Source of the DNA: Clostridia bacterium | Lineage (GTDB): Bacteria; Bacillota; Clostridia; Christensenellales; Aristaeellaceae | NCBI GenBank assembly: GCA_045617125.1 | Contig: JAZLIA010000034.1 | Span: 3,739 to 67,738 of the forward strand | Direction: 5' to 3' | DNA: 64,000 bases | Made by a program: the position numbers and the translations under genes | Notes under the pieces: generated by a model | What the model saw: only the letters and a program-made list of their open reading frames with translations | The model's database searches: none | What the model was told of the DNA's origin: nothing | Shown here: one piece after another, positions 8,093 to 15,965 of the stretch | Layout: each line of letters begins with the position of its first letter | Position numbering within the stretch: the stretch's first letter is position 1

Positions 8093-9581
8093 ACAGAATT
8101 TCTTCCGGTTCGACTTTCTGAAAAAGCCCGAAAAATGGAAAAGCTTTGGTACTGTACCGGAATTTCTTTCCGATATCAGCGGTTACGGCAATATACCGGC
8201 AATCTGCTTTGGTGAAAGCCTGTCCGTAACCTATTCAGAACTTTGCAGCGATATCTGCGGGATGTGCGGACACTTTGAAAAGATCGGGTTACTCAGATCA
8301 GGCAACGTAGGTTTATGTGCTGAAAACGGATATTATTTTATCGTCGTTTCCCTGGCACTGATGGCTTACGGATGCTGTGCCGTGCTTATACCGCCATCAT
8401 TTAAGGGAAATATACCGGAAACACTTATCAGCAAGTATGACCTTTCGCTGATTTTCGTTAAGGAAGAGGATATACAAAACGCTGAAACCGTTTTTGCCGG
8501 TGACCCCTTACTGCATCGCGGCACGGCTTCAAAAGCTGCCATAAAGGGAGATATTGACCCGGAAAGCCCCGCGTGTATATTCTTTACCGGAGGAACGACG
8601 GGAAAATCCAAGGGAGCCGTTCTTTCACACCGCGCATTGCTTCGCGGAACCGCAAACTGGCAGTACAATATGTTCTCGCTTGAGCATGAGGAGAGCTTTC
8701 TGGCGCTTCCTCTCACTCACGTTTTTGGCTACATCAGAAACTTCCTTGTCAACCTGCTTCTGGGAAATACAGTTCATTTCAGCACCGGGATGCGGAATTT
8801 CTTCAAGGATATGATGCGTATCCATCCGAATGAAACCGTGATGGTGCCAAAGATGGCGGATCTTCTTCTGGATACTATAGAAAGAAACGGAACAGGCGTC
8901 ACCGGCGGAAGGCTGACCACGGTCGTTTCAGGAGCCGCGCACGTACCGGAATTCCTGATCCGCGGTCTTGACCGGTATGGGATCCATGTATATCCGGGAT
9001 ACGGAATGACAGAAACAGCAAATCTGACCAGCGGCAATCCTGTCCCTTTGCAGAAAACGGGATCAGTCGGGCCGCTCTATCCGTATCAGGAGGCTCAGAT
9101 CATGGACGGCGAGCTTCTTCTTAAGGGACAAAATCTTTTCAGCGGATACTATGCAGATCCTGAGCTTAACCGTGAAGCATTCAGCGGAGGCTGGTTCAAA
9201 ACAGGCGACCTTGCCCATTTTGATTCAGACGGTTTTCTATATATCACCGGACGCGTCAAATCGCTGATCGTGCTCCCGACAGGAGAGAAAATATCTCCCG
9301 ATGAAATGGAGATCCGGGTAAGTGAGATCGACGCTGTGCGCGACGCGCTTTTATATCTGAAGGAACAGGAAGGTGTGGGCGGAAAACTGTGTCTTGAAGT
9401 CACACTGCGGCCCGAAATTGTGGAAAAGCTTAACACAGACGGAAAAAATGCAGAAAAATACGTGACCGAAATGATACGCGAGAAGATTTCCGGAATGCCG
9501 GACTGCTTTAACCCGGCTTCGATCGTGATCCGGGACCGGGACTTTGACAGGACCCCCTCCATGAAGATCAAACGTCCGTAA
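8073..9581 (+). CDS. Adenylate-forming enzyme (AMP-dependent synthetase/ligase; acyl- or aminoacyl-carrier-protein ligase candidate)
   Basis: FFTGGTTGKSKGAVLSH (AMP-binding P-loop), GYGMTET, WFKTGDLAHFDSDGFLYITGRVKSLIV and a C-terminal PSMKIKR. ATG at 8073 follows GGAAAGG, so the start overlaps the ACP gene by 20 nt. The ORF-track start at 7974 was rejected. Confidence 0.8.
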   Translation: MKMKGDEQNFFRFDFLKKPEKWKSFGTVPEFLSDISGYGNIPAICFGESLSVTYSELCSDICGMCGHFEKIGLLRSGNVGLCAENGYYFIVVSLALMAYGCCAVLIPPSFKGNIPETLISKYDLSLIFVKEEDIQNAETVFAGDPLLHRGTASKAAIKGDIDPESPACIFFTGGTTGKSKGAVLSHRALLRGTANWQYNMFSLEHEESFLALPLTHVFGYIRNFLVNLLLGNTVHFSTGMRNFFKDMMRIHPNETVMVPKMADLLLDTIERNGTGVTGGRLTTVVSGAAHVPEFLIRGLDRYGIHVYPGYGMTETANLTSGNPVPLQKTGSVGPLYPYQEAQIMDGELLLKGQNLFSGYYADPELNREAFSGGWFKTGDLAHFDSDGFLYITGRVKSLIVLPTGEKISPDEMEIRVSEIDAVRDALLYLKEQEGVGGKLCLEVTLRPEIVEKLNTDGKNAEKYVTEMIREKISGMPDCFNPASIVIRDRDFDRTPSMKIKRP

Positions 9582-9634
9582 AGAGCATGAAGGAAAACTC
9601 ATGAAAAAAGACAGCGCGGGATAAAGGAGCGTCA

Positions 9635-10393
9635 ATGGAAAAAGAAGTGATAAAGGTCGGTGGGCTGGTAAAGTGTTTCCAGCTTGAAAACATGACCCAG
9701 ACCATACTTGATCACATCAATTGTGTGATTTACAGAGGGGATTTTACCGTGATCATGGGTGCCAGCGGAAGCGGCAAATCCACACTCCTTTATGCTCTTT
9801 CCGGAATGGATACGGTAACGGAAGGGCAGGTCATTTTTAACGGAACGGATATTACGAAATTATCCTCCGATGAAATGGCCATGTTCAGAAGAGATCATTG
9901 CGGATTTATTTTTCAGCAAAGATGCCTTATCGGTTCCATGAACGTACTGAACAACGTTCTTGCAGCCGGATTGCTTAAAAAGGCGGATAAAGAAGAGCTT
10001 GTAAAAAGGGCAAAGGAGCTTCTCTGTGCAGTCGGCATAGAAGAACACACCTGGAAAAAATATCCCACCCAGATCTCCGGCGGTAAAGGTGCGAGGGTCG
10101 GGATCGTCCGCGCTCTGATCAATGAGCCGGAGGTGTTGTTTGCCGATGAACCCACAGGGTCTCTTAATTCAAAATCGGGCGAGGATGTGCTGAACCTCTT
10201 TACGGAATTCAATAATAAGGGGCAAAGCATCGTCATGGTAACGCACGATATCAAATCAGCCTTAAGAGGAAACCGTATTCTGTATCTGAAGGACGGAAAA
10301 ATCGTGAATGAATTGTACCTTGGTTCGTATAAAACCGATGACGAATACAGAAAAGAGAAACTGGATCAGTTCCTCAATAAGATGAAATGGTGA
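9635..10393 (+). CDS. ABC transporter ATP-binding protein, MacB/LolD-type, with an atypical signature motif
   Basis: Walker A GASGSGKSTLL, Walker B LFADEPTGSLNS, H-loop MVTHD. The signature reads QISGGKGARVGIVRAL rather than LSGGQQQRVAIARAL. Confidence 0.8.
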   Translation: MEKEVIKVGGLVKCFQLENMTQTILDHINCVIYRGDFTVIMGASGSGKSTLLYALSGMDTVTEGQVIFNGTDITKLSSDEMAMFRRDHCGFIFQQRCLIGSMNVLNNVLAAGLLKKADKEELVKRAKELLCAVGIEEHTWKKYPTQISGGKGARVGIVRALINEPEVLFADEPTGSLNSKSGEDVLNLFTEFNNKGQSIVMVTHDIKSALRGNRILYLKDGKIVNELYLGSYKTDDEYRKEKLDQFLNKMKW

Positions 10394-12741
10394 ATATGCT
10401 GAACAAAACTTTTCTTGTTATCCGGCCTAATATCAGAAAAACATACAGACAGCTGATCGCTGTGTTTTTTCTGGTGCTCATTGCGTCGCTTTTACTGAAT
10501 ATGGTCCTGGTTCTGAAACTGGATTACAATCAGAATTTTGAAAGAGACGCAGCCAGACTGAACGCCAATCATTTCAGGATCGCATATACAGACGTGTATC
10601 TCCGTGACTGCATGGATATGCTTGCTGATTGTCTTAATGAAGATGCAAGAATCAAAGGTTTTGAAATTGACCGCGGATTTATGGGAGAAGGAGACATCGA
10701 ATCTCCAAACGGCTCGATCAGCTCGCTGATCGTACTGGAAAAGTATTCGGATGCGGAAAAGGAACGGATCGACCGATTCGAGATCCTTGAGGAAGATATC
10801 CATATCACAAACGGAGCTTATGTCAGTTATTTTTTCAAAACTCTTGGAATGAAAACAGGAGATAACTGTTCCGTTTCGATAGGAAATAATTCCTTCGAAT
10901 TTCCGATCCGGGGCTTTTACAATAATCCCATGCTCGGAACGGTCAACTGCAGCGGAATCGCCTGTCTGTTAACCGATAAACTGTATGACGAAATTCTAAA
11001 AGATAAGCAGGAATCCTATCTTATCAAAGTACAATGCCGGGACAGGGAGAAGATCACAGAGGTCTTCAACGATACTGTAAATGCATTTGGCAGCCTGAGC
11101 CCCACCGGATATGTATGCCGCACAGCATTTGCAGACGAGGTGGGAGCATCCCGATATACCAATGCCAATCTTTTCAGGATCATACTTACATTTACCTCGG
11201 TCACAATGATCCTGATCACGCTTGCAGTCATAGCGATCGTCATGTCCAACTACGTAAAGGAAAATATCAGGGTTTTTGGAACCTATAAGGCCATCGGCTA
11301 CACATCACTTTCCCTTATTGTTCCCATGCTTTTTGAAGTGGCTCTTTTGTGTCTTGCTGCGAGCCTTATCGGAATCGGTTCATCCTATGCCGTGCTTCCG
11401 CTCATCAATCATGCGCTGGAAAGCCAGTCAGGGGTTCCGTATACGGTCCGCTTCCTTGTTATTCCGTGCATCGTGACCCTCGTGATCTGCGAACTCACGT
11501 CGCAAATAAGCACCTATCTTTCTGTGCGCAAGATCAGAAAGATTTCGACCGTTCATGCGATAAAGGATCCCAGGGAGAGCGCGAAAAAAAAGCCTGACAT
11601 ATTAGCGCTTGAAAAAACGAACCTTCCTGTAAATGCCGCTCTCGGCTTTGACACAGCATTCAAATCCGCATCCCGAAGCATTCTTCTGGTTCTTACATCC
11701 ATGGGGATCACTTTCCTGCTTGGCATATCCCTGTTCATTTATCAAAATCTGATCGTAGATAACACGGATCTTGTAAAGGCGATCTGCGGAGAGATCTCGA
11801 ATTATATCGTAAGTGTTGACACGGAGGATGAAGACAAATTGATCGGCTTCCTTCAGGATGATGACAGGGTCGATCTTTTTTACCTGTATCAGATGGAAGA
11901 CCAGGTCCCGGATGTTTATCCTGTCATCTGCTCCATCGGAGTTGATAAAGATGGATTTGTTTCAAACCTTGACTATCTGATCGTGAAAGGCAGATTCCCG
12001 AATGCCGATGATGAAATAACGTTAAATCAATTATACGCAACCAGAAACGGCCTTCGTCTTCATGACGAGATCATCTTCACCCATGACGGAAAAAGGGATT
12101 CCTACAAGATCGTCGGCTTCAACCAGGGCGCGTCAAGAAACGGAGTGGAAGGATATTTCACAAGAGAAGGCCTTGAAAAAATAAGCAGCAATGAAGGTGT
12201 CACATATTACGTATTCCTTCGCAGCATCGACGAAGAAAGCAGCTTCCGGTCTGATATCATGGAGAAGATCCCGATCCAGTATATGATAAACAGCCGTTTG
12301 AACGTTTCCAGCATAGTCGATATGTATATGCTTATCCTGATCGTTCTGGCGATCGTTCTGTGCATCATCAGCGCATTGATAGCAGGCTTTGTAACCTATA
12401 TCCTCCTCTCGCTCCTGCTCAGCAGTAAAAGACGCGAGCACGGCATATTGAAGGCGATCGGATATACAACAGGAAACATCGTGCTTCAGGCAGAGCTCAG
12501 CATCCTTCCGTTTACGGCTTTGGGAGCAGCGGCGGGACTGGTTCTATCCAGAAAGAACATAGGGATCCTTGTAAGCCGGGCACTCAATTCGATCGGGATC
12601 TATGACTTTGGAAACCCACTGAAGGTTTCCTATCTTATCATCCTCTGGCTGGTTTTGGTGATCCTGATTGCATGCTTCACAGCGTTTTTATGCCGCCCGA
12701 TCTCAAAGATCAGTACACGTGAGCTTTTTAACATGGAATAA
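10387..12741 (+). CDS. FtsX/MacB-family ABC transporter permease (784 aa, two FtsX modules)
   Basis: An N-terminal TM segment followed by a large extracytoplasmic region, in two repeats of that pattern. FtsX-like segments are FGTYKAIGYTSLSL and EHGILKAIGYTTGNIV. The start overlaps the ATPase stop. Confidence 0.75.
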   Translation: MVNMLNKTFLVIRPNIRKTYRQLIAVFFLVLIASLLLNMVLVLKLDYNQNFERDAARLNANHFRIAYTDVYLRDCMDMLADCLNEDARIKGFEIDRGFMGEGDIESPNGSISSLIVLEKYSDAEKERIDRFEILEEDIHITNGAYVSYFFKTLGMKTGDNCSVSIGNNSFEFPIRGFYNNPMLGTVNCSGIACLLTDKLYDEILKDKQESYLIKVQCRDREKITEVFNDTVNAFGSLSPTGYVCRTAFADEVGASRYTNANLFRIILTFTSVTMILITLAVIAIVMSNYVKENIRVFGTYKAIGYTSLSLIVPMLFEVALLCLAASLIGIGSSYAVLPLINHALESQSGVPYTVRFLVIPCIVTLVICELTSQISTYLSVRKIRKISTVHAIKDPRESAKKKPDILALEKTNLPVNAALGFDTAFKSASRSILLVLTSMGITFLLGISLFIYQNLIVDNTDLVKAICGEISNYIVSVDTEDEDKLIGFLQDDDRVDLFYLYQMEDQVPDVYPVICSIGVDKDGFVSNLDYLIVKGRFPNADDEITLNQLYATRNGLRLHDEIIFTHDGKRDSYKIVGFNQGASRNGVEGYFTREGLEKISSNEGVTYYVFLRSIDEESSFRSDIMEKIPIQYMINSRLNVSSIVDMYMLILIVLAIVLCIISALIAGFVTYILLSLLLSSKRREHGILKAIGYTTGNIVLQAELSILPFTALGAAAGLVLSRKNIGILVSRALNSIGIYDFGNPLKVSYLIILWLVLVILIACFTAFLCRPISKISTRELFNME

Positions 12742-12756
12742 CAAAAGGAGCGCAAA

Positions 12757-13851
12757 ATGATCGAACTCAGACACTTAAAAAAGCAATATGATATGTCAAC
12801 ACCGCTGATCGATGTCAATGCCACCATTCATGAAGGTGACATTATTGCCGTGATCGGTCCATCTGGAACAGGAAAATCAACACTGCTCCGCTGCATCAAC
12901 CTCCTTGAAGCCCCAACATCGGGGCAGATCTTTGTGGATGGCGAGGAGATCACAAGCCCGAAATGTGATCTGAGGAGCATCCGCCATAAGATCGGAATGG
13001 TGTTTCAGTCCTTTAACCTGTACGAGCATCTGACCGTTGTTGAAAACTGTATGCTGGCCCAGACGGTTCTGCTTAAACGAACGAAAAAAGAAGCCTATGA
13101 CAAGTCCATGGAGCTGCTGCTTTCGGTCGGTATGGAGGCTGCCGCCCTGCAGTATCCGTCAAATCTTTCCGGTGGGCAGAAGCAGCGGGCGGCGATCGCA
13201 AGAACACTGTGTACTGATCCTGAAATCATTCTGTTTGACGAACCGACTTCCGCTTTGGACCCGCTTTCCGTAAGGGAAGTAGAAAAGGTCATTGAGGATC
13301 TTGCCCGGCAGGGGCGCACAATGATGATCGTCACGCACAGCATGGATTTCGCACGCAGAATATCAAACCGTGTATTCTACCTGGATCAGGGCGGAATATA
13401 TGAGGAAGGAACACCGCAGGAAATTTTCGAGGCGCCCAAAGGGATCCTGACGCAAAGATTCATCCATCAGCTTCATACCCTCAAAATCATTTTGAGTGAA
13501 GAAAACCGCGATATTCCAAATGAATTTGCAAAGATCTTTTCTTTCTGCAGGGAATGCGGAATAGACAAAGATCGGACATTTAATGCCTGCAATATTTTTG
13601 AAGAAGGGGTGAATATCCTCTGCCGGTACGCTTACGGTAAAGAAAGAACCGTATGCATCACGATCAACTATAATATGTCATTGGATGTGCTTCAGCTTTC
13701 ATTTGCACCGTATTCCCTCACAACAGATCCTGGCATAAAACAGACGATACTCGAATCCATAGAGTACAAGCTGCTGCTGTACTATGCTAAAGAACACCGC
13801 ACAGAACCGTCTGAGAATGGAGCCGGCGTTCAGTACATCTTTAGTATATAA
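12757..13851 (+). CDS. Polar amino-acid ABC transporter ATP-binding protein (GlnQ-like) with an extra C-terminal domain of about 120 aa
   Basis: GPSGTGKSTLLRCINLLE, LSGGQKQRAAIARTL, ILFDEPTSALDP, IVTHSM. The extension after residue ~245 is unassigned. Confidence 0.8.
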   Translation: MIELRHLKKQYDMSTPLIDVNATIHEGDIIAVIGPSGTGKSTLLRCINLLEAPTSGQIFVDGEEITSPKCDLRSIRHKIGMVFQSFNLYEHLTVVENCMLAQTVLLKRTKKEAYDKSMELLLSVGMEAAALQYPSNLSGGQKQRAAIARTLCTDPEIILFDEPTSALDPLSVREVEKVIEDLARQGRTMMIVTHSMDFARRISNRVFYLDQGGIYEEGTPQEIFEAPKGILTQRFIHQLHTLKIILSEENRDIPNEFAKIFSFCRECGIDKDRTFNACNIFEEGVNILCRYAYGKERTVCITINYNMSLDVLQLSFAPYSLTTDPGIKQTILESIEYKLLLYYAKEHRTEPSENGAGVQYIFSI

Positions 13852-13854
13852 GAA

Positions 13855-15396
13855 ATGGGGATGAATAAGGTGAAAAGATTCATTTCGGTTTTGATCCCGG
13901 TGTGTTTTCTGTGTCTTGTGTTTATCCTTCTTCCAAGAAGCGAAAACAACAGAGCACAGCTTTCTTCCTTTGATGATCTGAACGGCCTGACAGTCGGTGT
14001 GCAGAACGGTGTAAACTATGATCTGATCCTGCAGGAGAAATATCCTGAGGCTAAACCCGTATTATTCAGCGATTTTGAAACAATGAATCAGTCGCTGCTT
14101 CAGGGAAAGATCTCCGCTTTACTGACAGAATCCGTCAGCTTTCCGACAGATAAAATCGAGCATCCGTCCTTTATCGCTCTGGACGGTTCACTTGAACAGG
14201 TCGGAAACCATATGATCTTAAAAAATGACATCCAGGGACGGGCGCTGGCAGCCCAGCTTAACGAATATATCGCTGCCTACGCTGAAAACGGCACGCGCGA
14301 AAAAATGTACTCATACTGGTTTACCAATTATGAACGCGGAAAGGTCTCTGTAGATAAATCCGGCATCACAGGTGAAAACGGGGTGTTGACGTTTACTGCG
14401 GAAGCAGGTTATGAACCCTCCTGTTTTGCCGGAGGCGATGGCGAACTGATCGGCTTTGATGTGGATTTCATTTACCATTTCTGTCGGGAATATGGCTATG
14501 AACCTAATATCATCCCTCTTGAATATGATGCCATGAGCGCAGCCGTTGTCAGTGGAAGATGCGATGCAGCAATCGGCATCGTAATGGATGAGGAACGTGA
14601 AGAAGAAGTATACTTTACGGATGCATATTATCATTACGATGTTATCGCCGTGTATAACGGCGAGGAGGTTAAAAACGGCAGCTTCTTTGAGAATCTGATA
14701 AACAGCTTCAACAAGACCTTTATCCGCGAGAACCGCTGGAAAATGTTTCTGGAAGGTTTTGAAACGACCCTTGTCATAGCGGTTCTTGCCGTTATATTCG
14801 GAAGCGGGCTGGGCCTTTTGCTGTATCTATGGTGTTTACACGGGAAAAAGGCAGAACGGAAGATTACAAACGGAATGTGCTGGCTGATGAACAGCACCCC
14901 TACGATTTTGCTGCTGATGGTTCTGTATTATATTGTATTCAGCCAGTATACATTAAGCAATGTCTGCACTGCGGTGATCGGATTTTCGCTGCAGTTTGGC
15001 TGCGGTTTCTATGAGCGGATCGTCTCCGGCGTAAATGCTGTAGGGATCGGGCAGGAGGAAGCAGCAATATCACAGGGCTTCTCCAGGAACCAGACGTTCT
15101 TCCGTATTCAGCTCCCGCAGGCAAAAAAATTTTTTATAGGTGCCTATGAGGGGGACGTGATCTCGCTGATCCTGGAAACATCCGTTGTCGGTTATATCAC
15201 CGTAATGGATCTTACGAAAATGAGCGACCTTGTACGGGCCAGAACCTATGAGCCTTTCTTCCCGCTCATCGCCACGACCCTGATCTATTTCCTGCTGATT
15301 TGGCTTGTCACTTTTCTGGTCAGACAATTGTCCTCTCTTTGGGATAAAGCGGGCAGAATGAGCAAAGCTTCTCTGGAAAGATTAAGGAACCGCTGA
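13855..15396 (+). CDS. Fused amino-acid ABC substrate-binding domain plus permease (GlnP/GlnH-like)
   Basis: An N-terminal TM/signal segment, SBP_bac_3-like segments (LIGFDVDFIYHFCREYGYEP, SGRCDAAIG, VYFTDAYY), then a permease with an EAA-like region (EEAAISQGFSRNQTFFRIQLPQA). Confidence 0.75.
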   Translation: MGMNKVKRFISVLIPVCFLCLVFILLPRSENNRAQLSSFDDLNGLTVGVQNGVNYDLILQEKYPEAKPVLFSDFETMNQSLLQGKISALLTESVSFPTDKIEHPSFIALDGSLEQVGNHMILKNDIQGRALAAQLNEYIAAYAENGTREKMYSYWFTNYERGKVSVDKSGITGENGVLTFTAEAGYEPSCFAGGDGELIGFDVDFIYHFCREYGYEPNIIPLEYDAMSAAVVSGRCDAAIGIVMDEEREEEVYFTDAYYHYDVIAVYNGEEVKNGSFFENLINSFNKTFIRENRWKMFLEGFETTLVIAVLAVIFGSGLGLLLYLWCLHGKKAERKITNGMCWLMNSTPTILLLMVLYYIVFSQYTLSNVCTAVIGFSLQFGCGFYERIVSGVNAVGIGQEEAAISQGFSRNQTFFRIQLPQAKKFFIGAYEGDVISLILETSVVGYITVMDLTKMSDLVRARTYEPFFPLIATTLIYFLLIWLVTFLVRQLSSLWDKAGRMSKASLERLRNR

Positions 15397-15457
15397 TCTA
15401 TTCGGCGCCAGCGCTGAAGATGGCTTTTCTGTAAGCGAAATCATGCAAAAATAAACA

Positions 15458-15522
15458 GTTTTCCAAAGAAATCACGCACAGGCGTTTCCCATGCGTTCAT
15501 CTTTGGAAAACCGCTCTTTTCG
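15458..15522 (+). terminator. Hairpin downstream of the amino-acid ABC genes (weak terminator candidate)
   Basis: GTTTTCCAAAG (15458-15468) pairs with CTTTGGAAAAC (15501-15511) across a 32-nt loop that has an inner stem. It is followed by CCGCTCTTTTCG. Confidence 0.3.
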
Positions 15523-15561
15523 ATGCAGCGACTTCCCTGACGATCCTATCTATCTGATCTC

Positions 15562-15724
15562 ATACTAAACGAGTTTTAAAACTGAACAGATGCGCCGCAT
15601 ATTTTTCTCTCTGGCTAAGCTGAATGGAGGGAGGCGTACGTGAAACGTACGTTGATCGGAATGAAGCAACGCCAGAGGGGAAAAGCTGCAAGCAAATGTT
15701 GGGTTTTTAAAATGAGTTTAGTAT
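15562..15724 (+). repeat. Roughly 163-nt hairpin-forming intergenic repeat, copy 1 (MITE-like or structured RNA element)
   Basis: Near-identical to 59395-59558. Imperfect 19-nt terminal inverted repeats (TACTAAACGAGTTTTAAAA / TTTTAAAATGAGTTTAGTA). Internal stem TTTTTCTCTCTGGC/GCCAGAGGGGAAAAG and apical CGTACG-TGAAA-CGTACG. Confidence 0.85.
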
Positions 15725-15965
15725 AAGCCAGCCCTTCTTTTCAATTCATTCCTGGTTCCGGTTTTCACGGGCGGAGCACTGACGCGAGCAGCCGGTCGAT
15801 CCCGGCCTCCATCCGGAAAAAAGTTTCTGATCGGGTCCGGTTCTCATATTTCCCGGCAGCATGGTTTTCCATCACAAGTTGATAACGTTCAATTGCTTTC
15901 ATTATACAACATTGGCAACCCCGTCGATCTCAGGCGGGAAAGACTCGTTGATCAGGCATATTTTT

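Noticed and set aside
15765-15902. A 45-codon minus-strand ORF (MKAIERYQLVMENHAAGKYENRTRSETFFRMEAGIDRLLASVLRP), 63 nt downstream of GH43.
   Set aside because: There is no Shine-Dalgarno sequence; the ATG is embedded in TATAATG. It is too short to evaluate and could be a gene remnant, so it is not reported as a feature.
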